DNA of 64,000 bases from a virus: IMG/VR virus record IMGVR_UViG_3300018080_008375, positions 1-64,000 of that record; one strand, written 5' to 3'. Within the stretch, counting starts at the first letter, position 1; the number at the start of each line of letters is the position of its first letter. The notes below the pieces were generated by a model. The model saw only the letters and a list, made by a program, of their open reading frames with translations, was not told the origin of the DNA and ran no database searches. The position numbers and the translations under genes were made by a program. Shown here one piece after another: positions 17,389-26,411 of this stretch.

Positions 17389-17885
17389 TGAGTCTTGAGA
17401 TAATAGCCAACCCTATCACGGGCAAGATTCCGGTTGTAATGACGACAAGGCTGGATGCCGCGCAAGTGGTGAGGGACGGGATCATAATCGGATATGCGCG
17501 GTACATCCTTCTGGAGCGCCATCGCGGTGCTGAGGGCGTAAGCGGCGAGATGGCGCAGCTGGTTCTGCATGCCGAGGTCCTTGACGGCTGCGCAATGGAC
17601 ATACTGTACAATATGGGCGAGTTCGGCATCAGGGACCGCGAGAGCGGCAAGGAGTTCGAAAACCTGATGCTGATGCCGGCTCCGGGCATGCTGCTTTGCC
17701 ATGGGATCTGTATAATCGCGGAGCGGGTTAAATTCGTCACCCTGCTGGATGCGCGGCCCAAAAGGCCGCCGGACCCGTGGAGAATGGCGGAGTCCATCCA
17801 GGAGGCCGTCGAAACCCTAAAGACGAGTGCGGGCGATCCTGCTTCTGCAAAGGCGCTGAAAATTCTGGAGAACGTATTGAAATGA
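17388..17885 (+). CDS. hypothetical protein
   Basis: TGATG overlap. Confidence 0.6.
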   Translation: MSLEIIANPITGKIPVVMTTRLDAAQVVRDGIIIGYARYILLERHRGAEGVSGEMAQLVLHAEVLDGCAMDILYNMGEFGIRDRESGKEFENLMLMPAPGMLLCHGICIIAERVKFVTLLDARPKRPPDPWRMAESIQEAVETLKTSAGDPASAKALKILENVLK

Positions 17886-18145
17886 TAGACATAGCACAGG
17901 AAGATATCAAAGCGGTCACAGCGGCGGTGTTCAGGCATGTTCAGGGCTCGCTGAAGAGCCTGCCGGACAAGGTTGTTGGTCACAAGCTGTACGCCGAGGG
18001 GCTGATACAGGCTCTGGTCAACCTGGCGTGTCAGGTTGCGGTATCGGCGAATGTCAAGAAGCAGAACTTCTTCGACGGGGCGGCCGACATATGGAACGGC
18101 GTCGAGAAACAGAGGCGCAGCCCAAAAACAACCCTGCTGAATTGA
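17882..18145 (+). CDS. hypothetical protein
   Basis: ATGA overlap. Confidence 0.55.
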   Translation: MIDIAQEDIKAVTAAVFRHVQGSLKSLPDKVVGHKLYAEGLIQALVNLACQVAVSANVKKQNFFDGAADIWNGVEKQRRSPKTTLLN

Positions 18146-18153
18146 GGAAAATC

Positions 18154-18363
18154 ATGGGGCTGACCAGGAAAGAAGAGGCCGAAGAGGCAGCAAAGAACGC
18201 CAAGCAAGGCGAAGGATACCTTGAGGCCGCCAGGAAGGGGCTGGAGAAGGTGGGCGATCGAGAAGGGAAGAAGCTGGCGGACGACGCCGTGGACGCTGTC
18301 AGGAAGGTCCGCAGGCATATCAGGAAGAGGCAGGAGAGGGATGAAGAAGGCCGAAAAGCTTAA
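18154..18363 (+). CDS. hypothetical helical protein
   Basis: GAGG RBS. Confidence 0.55.
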   Translation: MGLTRKEEAEEAAKNAKQGEGYLEAARKGLEKVGDREGKKLADDAVDAVRKVRRHIRKRQERDEEGRKA

Positions 18364-18709
18364 GCTCAAGCGGGAATATCTGGCGGAGCAGAAGCGCAAG
18401 GAGACGGAGCCTCTGATAGATTGCCTGTCATGCAGGTGGCATAGCTGCGGCTGGCGCGAGATCCCAGGGGCGCCGTTGTGCCCGTACTACTACGACCACA
18501 CGTGCTCGAAGATGGGGCGCGTCATCTGCACTCAGACCGTCGGAGAAACCGGTCCGTCATGTATAAACGCCCCGGCGGACTGCCCGGTGCGGTTGGAAAG
18601 CAAGGAAGCTGAGGAGTTGAAGAAAAAGCGCATCAAGTTGGCAAAGAAGCAGCTGGAAAAGCTGAAGATGTACGAACCCGAGGTGAAAGACTGGAAGGAT
18701 GTGAAATGA
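18341..18709 (+). CDS. hypothetical Cys-rich protein
   Basis: GGAGAGG RBS. Confidence 0.6.
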   Translation: MKKAEKLKLKREYLAEQKRKETEPLIDCLSCRWHSCGWREIPGAPLCPYYYDHTCSKMGRVICTQTVGETGPSCINAPADCPVRLESKEAEELKKKRIKLAKKQLEKLKMYEPEVKDWKDVK

Positions 18710-18970
18710 CGACATGGCTGGAAAAGCGGACCAAGGAGGCCCTGGTCAAAAACCAGAAAGGCCTGCGCGAGCGATCCGGATCCTACATCACCGGCGACCG
18801 CCTCGTATCCTTCCTGTACCAGCTCATGCGCGACCACGTGCCGCCGGGGGGTTGTGGAAAAGTGCGTGAACGACAGCCTGACGGTGCCGGCGCACCTCAC
18901 GAACGGCTGGCTGGGGAAATACTCCGAGGACATGGCGAAGAGGCTATGCGTGGCTGAGGGAGAGAAATAA
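18706..18970 (+). pseudogene. hypothetical phage gene with an apparent extra G in a G6 run
   Basis: LVSFLYQLMRDHVPPG continues as VVEKCVND...TNGWLGKYSEDMAKRL, ending in a TAATG overlap, if G6 (18846-18851) were G5. Confidence 0.6.
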
Positions 18971-19506
18971 TGACGGAAGATGATCTTTTCCGACCGGTGC
19001 GCAACTTCCCCGAGGAAGAGGAAAGAGTCGGAACGGGACCCATATGTTTCGGAGACGACTGGCCTGGGACTTTCATACGCGGTGATGAAAGCCATTCCTT
19101 CGCAAAGGTTCTGAAAGAAGTGATCTCGGTGCTTGAGGAGCGCACGGATACATGGTCCAAAGGGTCTTCTTTCGGATACTATGTGTGGTATTTGAGGTGG
19201 GCGATGGAGCTGCTGCTTAGGAGTCATTCTCAAGATCGTCTGGACAGGGCGCGCCTGATTGCGCGCGAAATGCGTAATATCGGACTTCCCAAGGAGTTCA
19301 AAAAGTTATCAGAGGACCTGACATATTCCGTCATGGACAAGGGGGATATAACGAACTCGCTTGAGGCCAGGATCTTACGCCTGAGCGTCGTTAGGAATCC
19401 TCATGAGAATTTTCAGCTTGAGCGCGACGACGATCTTCGCCTGCTACAGAGAATATGGGGTGTTGAGCCGCGCGAGGAAGAGTGGTACCAAATAAGTTCC
19501 GGATAG
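18970..19506 (+). CDS. hypothetical phage protein
   Basis: TGPICFGDDWPGTFIRGD motif. Confidence 0.7.
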   Translation: MTEDDLFRPVRNFPEEEERVGTGPICFGDDWPGTFIRGDESHSFAKVLKEVISVLEERTDTWSKGSSFGYYVWYLRWAMELLLRSHSQDRLDRARLIAREMRNIGLPKEFKKLSEDLTYSVMDKGDITNSLEARILRLSVVRNPHENFQLERDDDLRLLQRIWGVEPREEEWYQISSG

Positions 19507-19709
19507 GAGGCGTGATGCCAAGGAGCATGATATGCGGCGTGCGCGTGGACCATGTAGAAGTGAAGCTGCCGTGCTATCTCGTAGTTGACGAACATGGCTT
19601 CACTTCCGTTTACGACACGGAAGATGCCGTCGACCGAGCCGTCCAAGGATGTAACGAGGCGGAAGAAACCGTCAATGTGCTGTATTTGAGCGAGGAAGAA
19701 TAGAAGAAC

Positions 19710-19781
19710 GGGCCGTTAGTTCAGAGGGAGAACACTACCTCGACGCGGTAGGGGTCGCAGGTTCAAATCCTGCACGGCCCA
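19710..19781 (+). tRNA. tRNA-Val(GAC), C at position 33
   Basis: Acceptor GGGCCGT/ACGGCCC; anticodon arm CTACC-TCGACGC-GGTAG. Confidence 0.88.
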
Positions 19782-19784
19782 CGA

Positions 19785-19949
19785 TGCGGGGCGCGCGTTT
19801 GCGCGCCGCCGCAGCCTTCGGGCAAAATGCCGCCCTCCCGGAGGGCTCGCGCGCTGCCAGTGAGGTCGAACCGTGGTTTTTGAGCATTCGCATACCATGG
19901 ATCGTCACGACGGCGCGCTAGCAGGACCAAGCGGATGCTCGGGCGGCAA
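19785..19949 (+). ncRNA. candidate multi-branched ncRNA between tRNA-Val and tRNA-Ala
   Basis: Stems GGCGCGC/GCGCGCC, GCC-TTCG-GGC, TGCCGCCC/GGGCGGCA, GCGCGCTG/CGGCGCGC and CCGTGGT/ACCATGG. Confidence 0.6.
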
Positions 19950-19956
19950 TGATAAT

Positions 19957-20027
19957 GGGGCCGTGGTGAAACGGGATCACACGACTTTCGCACGGTCGAA
20001 TTGCGAGTTCGATTCTCGCCGGCTCCA
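19957..20027 (+). tRNA. tRNA-Ala(CGC)
   Basis: Acceptor GGGGCCG/CGGCTCC; anticodon arm CGACT-TTCGCAC-GGTCG. Confidence 0.9.
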
Positions 20028-20029
20028 CC

Positions 20030-20176
20030 TGGACCGTAGCCTAATGACGACTGCCGAACGTCAGTCGGGGCATACACCGGCTGCCTAGTAGCTGAGCGTC
20101 ACCTCCGGGGCACCGGGGGCTTGAGAGGGCGACTTCTCTACGAAGGAAGATGCGGGTGCGAATCCCGCCGGTCCAG
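20030..20176 (+). ncRNA. tRNA-like RNA with an ~80-nt structured insertion in the D loop; best anticodon reading ACG
   Basis: Acceptor TGGACCG/CGGTCCA with G73; TAGCCTAA...GGGC D stem; CTTCT-CTACGAA-GGAAG; T arm GCGGG-TGCGAAT-CCCGC. Confidence 0.65.
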
Positions 20177-20178
20177 CA

Positions 20179-20240
20179 GGTTCTTGTGACCGGGTAGGTC
20201 TAGGGCAAGCCCAAGCGGTTCGACTCCGCAGATGGAACCA
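20179..20240 (+). ncRNA. miniature tRNA-like RNA lacking an anticodon loop
   Basis: GGTTC/GAACC-A ends; GACC-GGGTA-GGTC; GGG-CAAG-CCC; GCGG-TTCGACT-CCGC. Confidence 0.55.
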
Positions 20241-20338
20241 GGCTTCGGCAGGCAAAGTCGACTTGACTGCCGAAGCCGCCTAATCTGCTCCTACAGGGGC
20301 TTTGTCCGGTACCGGGCACCCTCTGGGGCGGATTTTTT

Positions 20339-20412
20339 GGGGACGTAGTTCAGCTGGGATGAACGTTGCGCTGGCAGCGCAAAGGTCGCGGGTTCGAACC
20401 CCGCCGTCTCCA
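20339..20412 (+). tRNA. tRNA-Ala(GGC)
   Basis: Acceptor GGGGACG/CGTCTCC; anticodon arm TTGCG-CTGGCAG-CGCAA. Confidence 0.92.
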
Positions 20413-20413
20413 C

Positions 20414-20487
20414 GGTATCCCTGGTGTAGTGGTTCTGCACGCTAGGTTGTGGCCCTGGAGGTCTCGGTTCGATCCCGTGGGGATACC
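20414..20487 (+). tRNA. tRNA-His(GTG) with encoded G-1
   Basis: G-GTATCCC/GGGATAC-C; anticodon arm CTAGG-TTGTGGC-CCTGG. Confidence 0.88.
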
Positions 20488-20489
20488 CT

Positions 20490-20621
20490 AGGGCGGCAGA
20501 TCACCGTCCCTTGATCGTCGCTGGCTCTAGGATCGGCTACGGAGATGGGTGGTATCATGCCGATGGGCTTAGCTATAACTACCCTGTAATGGCAGCGGCA
20601 ACGGCCGCGAGCGTCGGTCAT
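20490..20621 (+). ncRNA. candidate structured ncRNA between tRNA-His and tRNA-Ser
   Basis: Stems AGGGCGG/CCGTCCCT, TGATCG/CGGTCA, GTCGCTG/CAGCGGC and ATCGGC/GCCGAT; possible GGGTGGT/ACTACCC pseudoknot. Confidence 0.45.
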
Positions 20622-20625
20622 AAAT

Positions 20626-20710
20626 GGAAGGGCAACCCGATGGGTGACGGGGCTTGTTTCGAAAATAAGTGACCTTAACCGGCTTGGGGGTTCGACTCCC
20701 CCTCCTTCCG
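20626..20710 (+). tRNA. tRNA-Ser(CGA)
   Basis: Acceptor GGAAGGG/TCCTTCC with G73; anticodon arm CTTGT-TTCGAAA-ATAAG; variable arm present. Confidence 0.85.
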
Positions 20711-20840
20711 CGGGCGGCTACAGCGCTGGTGGGACAGCGTGATGGGCGGTCGCAAGCGAGTAGTTCCCACCTATCGTTTGCGGCTTGCCTCGACTGGATC
20801 ATACCCGCCGAGGCACGCTTTTAATTTTCTGGAGGGCAGA

Positions 20841-21428
20841 ATGAGAGAAACCTGTAATCACAGCTATGGTCATAGATGTACCGTGAGGGATTGCGATGGT
20901 TTAGGACATTGGGGTTTTCAGAATCATTATTTCTGCCGCAAACACTATCAGAGGCTGCTTGGGTGCGAACTTCCGGACTGCCCGAGATGCGGCAATGCCG
21001 ATGGCGTACATTGCCGATCGAAAAGCGACGGCAAGTGGGAGTGCAAGCGCTGCGGGTTTAAGTTTCAGAAGCCAGACCTAAGGAGCATGAAAGAGGAAGA
21101 TTTGGAAGAATTTGCCGACTGCGACGAGGTCAAGGAAGTCATCTGGGACATGAGGGAGAAACGCGAAGCCATGATGCGTCGCATAGACGAAAACGGGCTT
21201 CTCAGCCTTACCATGAAAGACATGAAGCGCGGCACGAAGTTTGAGAGCGCGACGCTTAATGATATAGGCTGTAGCCACAAGCCGGGCCATGCCGCAAAGC
21301 ATGTCGTCCTGTTCGATGGCAACAGGATGAAGATCCTGAAGTCATCGGGGCTTCACAAGGAAGAGGATAAGCACGGATGCAGGCGCTGCCAAAGCCAGGA
21401 CGACTGGAAGTTCGGTCCGGGAGACTGA
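20841..21428 (+). CDS. Zn-finger hypothetical protein
   Basis: GGAGG RBS; CTVRDC...CRKHYQR and CPRC...CKRC. Confidence 0.65.
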   Translation: MRETCNHSYGHRCTVRDCDGLGHWGFQNHYFCRKHYQRLLGCELPDCPRCGNADGVHCRSKSDGKWECKRCGFKFQKPDLRSMKEEDLEEFADCDEVKEVIWDMREKREAMMRRIDENGLLSLTMKDMKRGTKFESATLNDIGCSHKPGHAAKHVVLFDGNRMKILKSSGLHKEEDKHGCRRCQSQDDWKFGPGD

Positions 21429-21432
21429 TAAG

Positions 21433-21714
21433 ATGCAGATCAGGAAGACCATAGATGTTCCAGCCACGACGAGAGAGGTTGTTGAGTTTACTGTCTGCGA
21501 CCTGTGCGGTCGCAAGGAGCCTGGCGACGGCTGGAGCAAATGCTACGATGTGGAGGATGTTGAGGTTTCGTACGAGAGTGGGAGTAGATATCCCGACGGG
21601 AATTTTACGGAGACCATTTCCTACGACATCTGTCCCGACTGTTTCAAAAACAAGCTGATGCCGTGGCTGGAGAGCCAGGGGGCGAAGCACAGGAAGAAGG
21701 ATAATATTTGGTAG
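21433..21714 (+). CDS. Zn-binding hypothetical phage protein
   Basis: CDLCG...DICPDCF. Confidence 0.7.
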   Translation: MQIRKTIDVPATTREVVEFTVCDLCGRKEPGDGWSKCYDVEDVEVSYESGSRYPDGNFTETISYDICPDCFKNKLMPWLESQGAKHRKKDNIW

Positions 21715-21722
21715 AGTGTTCA

Positions 21723-21800
21723 GGGGGCGCGGTCCAGTCAGGAGTGGACGCTGGCCTGTCAAGCCAGAGACCGCGGGTTCAAATCCCGCCGTCCCCGCCA
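21723..21800 (+). tRNA. tRNA-Asp(GTC), CCA encoded
   Basis: Acceptor GGGGGCG/CGTCCCC-GCCA; anticodon arm CTGGC-CTGTCAA-GCCAG. Confidence 0.92.
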
Positions 21801-22045
21801 GGGTGTTTGGCTCAGGGATCCATGAGCCAGGCATAAAACATGCGGATGGATACAGCAAGCAACTCCGGCCAGGTCTTAGCCGGAACTCTGCCGACAGATG
21901 CCTGCGGATATCCGGGGACCTGAGGATTCCATGGGTCGCAACGATTCTGCATGCCCTGCTCTGCGCGCCTGGGTCTATGCAGCCTATGAGGGTCTTTGGG
22001 GAGCATTTGCGTTTCTCGAAGTGATTCCTATGGCGCGCAGTGTTT

Positions 22046-22129
22046 GGAGGGTGAACAGGAAATGGCTCCTGGCCCGGCTGCTAACCGGTGCGCACTTAAC
22101 GGTGTGGGATTCGAGTTCTCCGCCCTCCG
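22046..22129 (+). tRNA. tRNA-Ser(GCT)
   Basis: Acceptor GGAGGGT/GCCCTCC with G73; CCGG-CTGCTAA-CCGG; long variable arm. Confidence 0.82.
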
Positions 22130-22141
22130 CAAGGAGATGCC

Positions 22142-22324
22142 ATGTACGAACACAAAGTGATAGAAACGGTAGCCAAAGCGGATGATATAGAGGCTACAAT
22201 AAAGGAGCACAAGACGTCAGACGAGTGGCATGTTACAGGATTCCAGATCTATCAGGATACGGCAACCGCCATCATCATTCTTGAGCACATGTTTTCTCAT
22301 CGTGACGAAGAAGAATGGACATGA
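22142..22324 (+). CDS. small hypothetical protein
   Basis: AAGGAG RBS. Confidence 0.55.
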   Translation: MYEHKVIETVAKADDIEATIKEHKTSDEWHVTGFQIYQDTATAIIILEHMFSHRDEEEWT

Positions 22325-22533
22325 TAGTTGTTTCCTGGGTGCAATGGGAAAAGGAACTGAAAAGAATCCTGGTGGAGGAATACAGCTACGACAGGAGCGC
22401 AGTGTACAGGGCCGACTGGTCCTGTATGAGAATGTATTTTGATGCCGGCGACTCTCCGGCGGACGCCATATTCAACGACATAAATGGCGGCATGGAGATC
22501 AGGCATGAGAAAAATAAGCGTAATGGAGGGTAA
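22321..22533 (+). CDS. small hypothetical protein
   Basis: ATGA overlap. Confidence 0.5.
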   Translation: MIVVSWVQWEKELKRILVEEYSYDRSAVYRADWSCMRMYFDAGDSPADAIFNDINGGMEIRHEKNKRNGG

Positions 22534-22609
22534 ACAGGAATGGGTTTCCTGGCCCGGTTGGAAGCCGGTGCGTGCTTAGCGGCATGGGATTCGAGTTCTC
22601 TGCCCTCCG
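22525..22609 (+). tRNA. tRNA-Ser(GGA)
   Basis: Near copy of 22046-22129 with CCGG-TTGGAAG-CCGG. Confidence 0.82.
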
Positions 22610-22698
22610 CGCAAAACCGCGCAAACAGCGCGCAAAAGCGCGCCTATAACTACACAGAATCAGACATGTTCTTTTGCGCGCAGCAAAGAAAGGACCGC

Positions 22699-23403
22699 AT
22701 GGAAGAGACCAGGGATGTTCTGTCGCATCGGATTCCCGAACTGTCGGAGACAATGTCTCCAGACGAGGCGAAGATTCTCATAGAGTACAACGGCAGGGAC
22801 GCAGCGCGCGACACGACATGGGCGCGCATTGCGCAGAGGTTCATGGGCAGGCGCCCGAAGCGCGTTCTGGACATAGGGGGAGGTCCGGCGTCGGTGGGGG
22901 TGCAGTTTGCGCTGACGTTCCCGGAGACCGAGGTCGTGTCCGTGGACGCATGCCCGATGATGACCGGCGCCGCCAGGTCGCTCGTAAGCGCGATGGGCGT
23001 CTCCGACAGGGTCCGCCCGGTCCTGGCAAAGCTGCCGCGCGAAAAGTTCGGCAGCAGGTTCAACAGCTTCGACCTAGTGTTTTCCCGCTCCGTGCTGCAT
23101 CATTTCAGAAGCGCCCCGGGCTTCTGGAGGACCGTAAGGAAATACCTCATGCCGGGCGGGAAATTCCTGGTGTACGACATGGCAAGACCGGCTACGAGGG
23201 CGGCGGCGTGGCAGCTTGTCGGCGCAAACTTCGCCGGAGACGACTGTCCGGAATCATTCAGGAATTCCTACTTCCGCTCGTTCCTGGCCGCATACAGGAC
23301 ATACGAGGTGTCGGACCAGCTCGAAAGATGCGGGCTGGACAGCGGAACAAGGATCATGAAAACAGGGACTTCGCACATGCTGATAGCTGGCGGGGTCGGC
23401 TAA
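22699..23403 (+). CDS. class I SAM-dependent methyltransferase
   Basis: Motifs RVLDIGGGPA, FDLVFSRSVLHH and LMPGGKFLVYDMARP. Confidence 0.88.
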   Translation: MEETRDVLSHRIPELSETMSPDEAKILIEYNGRDAARDTTWARIAQRFMGRRPKRVLDIGGGPASVGVQFALTFPETEVVSVDACPMMTGAARSLVSAMGVSDRVRPVLAKLPREKFGSRFNSFDLVFSRSVLHHFRSAPGFWRTVRKYLMPGGKFLVYDMARPATRAAAWQLVGANFAGDDCPESFRNSYFRSFLAAYRTYEVSDQLERCGLDSGTRIMKTGTSHMLIAGGVG

Positions 23404-23442
23404 GCGTCTAAAATCTATCAATTTTAGCATATCCATATGTGT

Positions 23443-23513
23443 GCGTGCGTCGTATAATGGTAGTATGCGACCTTGCCATGGTCGAGATACGGGTTCAATT
23501 CCCGTCGCACGCT
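23443..23513 (+). tRNA. tRNA-Gly(GCC)
   Basis: Acceptor GCGTGCG/CGCACGC with U73; anticodon arm CGACC-TTGCCAT-GGTCG. Confidence 0.93.
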
Positions 23514-23517
23514 CTCT

Positions 23518-23590
23518 GCGCCTATGGTGTTTAACGGCAGCATACCAGACTTCCAATCTGGTGGTGAGGGTTCGAATCCCTCTGGGCGCT
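23518..23590 (+). tRNA. tRNA-Gly(TCC)
   Basis: Acceptor GCGCCTA/TGGGCGC; anticodon arm CCAGA-CTTCCAA-TCTGG. Confidence 0.93.
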
Positions 23591-23625
23591 CCTGTGGACC
23601 TGTCCGGTCCGAAGGAGGTGTTCCG

Positions 23626-24168
23626 ATGTCATACAAAGGTGTAATCATAGAATGTGTCAGGGAAGTGTTTCATGGTCTCAAGGCCGACAAGCAGTCCGTA
23701 AGCCATAACGACATGTACCGTGGTCTGTGCAGTATGATCGAGTGGACCAGGCAGTTCAAAAGGCAGCCCGGTGCGATACAGCTTTCCAAAGTGATGAGCG
23801 ACATGGAGTGGGCCAAAGAATACTCCACCGTGAAGTTCGGTTTGCCGAGGCAGAGCGGTCATACGGGCATGATCAGCAGGCTGCTGGATCTGGGCCGCAT
23901 GAACGGCGGGGGAGAAAATCCGTTTCTCGAACGCGCAGTGGTGATGTTTCCGAACGTAGACATGGCCATCGCCGCCGAGTTCTCGCCCGGATGGAGCTGG
24001 GTCGGGACGGCCAACATGAAGAGCCGCGACAAGTTCCGCGGTCAGGTTGTCAAGGCCGTGGTTGTCGACGCTGCTCCAGTGTTGTCGAAGAAGGAGACCA
24101 ACAAGATATATCGGATGTTTGCTGAAATGTCCAAGGATCCTGAGTTTGTGTTTGTGTTTCTCGGATAG
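23626..24168 (+). CDS. degenerate P-loop protein (terminase/helicase ATPase-like)
   Basis: LPRQSGHT (Walker A with K->H) and RGQ...AVVVDAA; AAGGAGG RBS. Confidence 0.5.
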   Translation: MSYKGVIIECVREVFHGLKADKQSVSHNDMYRGLCSMIEWTRQFKRQPGAIQLSKVMSDMEWAKEYSTVKFGLPRQSGHTGMISRLLDLGRMNGGGENPFLERAVVMFPNVDMAIAAEFSPGWSWVGTANMKSRDKFRGQVVKAVVVDAAPVLSKKETNKIYRMFAEMSKDPEFVFVFLG

Positions 24169-24194
24169 GAATTTTTCTCTGGAGGTGTCCCGCC

Positions 24195-24719
24195 ATGACT
24201 GGATGGGAGACCGCGCTGCTGCTGTTGGTGGTCGCGCTCGTTGCCGGGGCAGGCGTTTTCCTGCTCGTCAGGCACCTGAAGCGAAAGAAGGAAGAGAAAG
24301 AGAAATACGACCTTGTCACCAAGCACGGCATAAAGGTGATGAGGAGCCCTATGATGTCGGGTCTTGCCTCCGCCGAAATCGAAGAGTGGACGGAAGATGC
24401 CATGTCCTTCTGGGTCGAGAAAAAGGGCTGGAGCCGCGAGAAGATGCTCAAGGCAATTGCCAAGGTGCGCGTCGAGATGTTTGACGAGAAGTATATCGAG
24501 CATGATGGCATCAAGTACAACGGCACGTTTTGGCCGACATCGTTCCTGATGGAGATCACGACGAAGCCGAAGTTCGAGGGCAAGCGCACGCCGATACAGC
24601 GGGTGTGGTCGCTGTTCAGGCACGAGCTCAGCCATGTCATCGTCGGCCAGGTCGGCGGAATAAAGTACGACAATGACACGCACCATGCCCTGTTCAGGGA
24701 GATGGGTCTGGGGGCGTAG
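24195..24719 (+). CDS. membrane-anchored zincin-like metalloprotease
   Basis: N-terminal TM; LFRHELSHVI and a downstream H. Confidence 0.6.
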   Translation: MTGWETALLLLVVALVAGAGVFLLVRHLKRKKEEKEKYDLVTKHGIKVMRSPMMSGLASAEIEEWTEDAMSFWVEKKGWSREKMLKAIAKVRVEMFDEKYIEHDGIKYNGTFWPTSFLMEITTKPKFEGKRTPIQRVWSLFRHELSHVIVGQVGGIKYDNDTHHALFREMGLGA

Positions 24720-24767
24720 TTGGTCAGGCTTCTATGGATGTAGAATAACAAGCGGAGGAGAAAGGGG

Positions 24768-26411
24768 ATGAGCATCTCCGATACAATACGCAGCAAGATG
24801 AAAGCCAAGGCCGAACGCGCTCTGGGAAACCTCCCGTACAGGATCCATGAGGAGCGGCGCGGCATTTCAATTCAAGGTCGCCTAGCCAGCGAGTTTGTGG
24901 GCGTGACCGATTGCAAAGAACTCGGAAAAACAGTCAATGAGATTTTGCAGAAAGAGCGTTTGCTTGAAGAAATTGTCAGATCCGCAGAGAAGAATGACGA
25001 TTTTCGCATATCCCTGTCCCCGACCGAAGCCCGCGTCATATCCGTGCATGGAGGGGCTGAAATAGTATTTTCCCGCGGCTTTGTGTGGTTTCCAGACAAT
25101 CGGTCCCAGGAAGTGACGCCGAGCTGGATGGCGGACATGGCGGATGCGATAAAGGGCGGGGGGCATGAACCGGAACCGGAACCTGAACCGGAGCGCGGCA
25201 GCTTTTCTGCAGAGGAACTGCATGAGGCTGCCAGGTTTCTGTGCGACCATGGCAGTGCGTCTTTGCCGGACAGCGTTCGCCAGGAGGACATCCGGCCTTT
25301 CCTGGATCATCTCCTTCCGGAAGACAAGGTTGTTAGGGAAGTTCAACATCAAGGCGGAAGGGTGTTTTTGGAAGTTGTCCCAAGGTTTCCTCCAGATACA
25401 GCATATGATAAGGAGGTTGATGGGACATGGGTGCATGTGAACAACAGGCTGACGATTGGATGGCTGAAAAAACACGGATTGAAAGAATACATTAGGCAGT
25501 TTTATGGTTTTCGCGATGTATGCGTGACCCAGCCTGTTGATGCCCAGGTAACGACAGCCAGGGTTCCCATAGCTTTTTTGCTTAGGGGCAAGGTTGAATA
25601 CCTGTTCGATTATGATGTCCATTCTTCCCGCGATCCTTGGACTGGCAGGAATTTCATGCCTCCCGGCGCTCCTTTGTCTGAAGGAAAATCGGAAGGATGG
25701 CTGAACCCCTCCATGTCCAAAATCATTGCCGTTATAACGCCCCACGACTGGGTTGCCGAGCAGGCGGAAAGCTTGGGATTCAAAGTGTACAGGAATCTGG
25801 AGTCTTTTGACTCTCATTGGAAGACAAGGGCTTCTTTGGTGCTTGAAACCTTGGGAACGGACAGGCCGGACTTTGGCGAAAGTTTTGAAACTTTCAGGGT
25901 GGAACCGCGGCGCCCATTGTTTGGAAGAGACAGGAGAAGGAGGGGGAGTTTTCTGCGCCACCTCCCAAGGCTGACTGAATGGATGGAGGAGCATGGAATA
26001 CAGCTTCCGGCTCTTGACATGCTCAATCCAGACTACGGCATCATCATGGCTGTTCCTGACAGCGCGCCCGACCCGCTTGGCGATCCCGCTCTTAAAGAGG
26101 ATAGGAAAAAGGTTCGCATTGTTCCTGCTCGTTTGCCAACCATTAACGAATATTTTCTCAAGGGTCAGCTTTCTTCCAAAGATGTTGCAATGGTGCGGGC
26201 GAAAGGGGAGCCCATCAGGAATGATGGCAGAAAGGTACTGACGACGCCCAAGGGATACAAAATACTCTGTAGCTTGCGACCGTCATGGTGCGGGCGCTCG
26301 CCTGTTGAGAGAGTGGCATCTTTGGCACAGTTCATGGACAATGCGGGAATGTACGAGATTGCGAATGCGATCGATAGGCTTGTTGATGCCATGGCAGAAG
26401 CCCAGGCATAG
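24768..26411 (+). CDS. large hypothetical protein with a C-terminal 'LA..LD..G....A..ID' motif
   Basis: 547-aa ORF with an EPEPEPEPE linker. Confidence 0.75.
   Translation: MSISDTIRSKMKAKAERALGNLPYRIHEERRGISIQGRLASEFVGVTDCKELGKTVNEILQKERLLEEIVRSAEKNDDFRISLSPTEARVISVHGGAEIVFSRGFVWFPDNRSQEVTPSWMADMADAIKGGGHEPEPEPEPERGSFSAEELHEAARFLCDHGSASLPDSVRQEDIRPFLDHLLPEDKVVREVQHQGGRVFLEVVPRFPPDTAYDKEVDGTWVHVNNRLTIGWLKKHGLKEYIRQFYGFRDVCVTQPVDAQVTTARVPIAFLLRGKVEYLFDYDVHSSRDPWTGRNFMPPGAPLSEGKSEGWLNPSMSKIIAVITPHDWVAEQAESLGFKVYRNLESFDSHWKTRASLVLETLGTDRPDFGESFETFRVEPRRPLFGRDRRRRGSFLRHLPRLTEWMEEHGIQLPALDMLNPDYGIIMAVPDSAPDPLGDPALKEDRKKVRIVPARLPTINEYFLKGQLSSKDVAMVRAKGEPIRNDGRKVLTTPKGYKILCSLRPSWCGRSPVERVASLAQFMDNAGMYEIANAIDRLVDAMAEAQA

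Noticed and set aside
21716-22185. ORFs overlapping tRNA genes (e.g. 21716-22024, 4041-4319, 11229-11483, 14340-14588)
   Set aside because: They run through tRNA or ncRNA sequence and lack RBS and protein-like composition.
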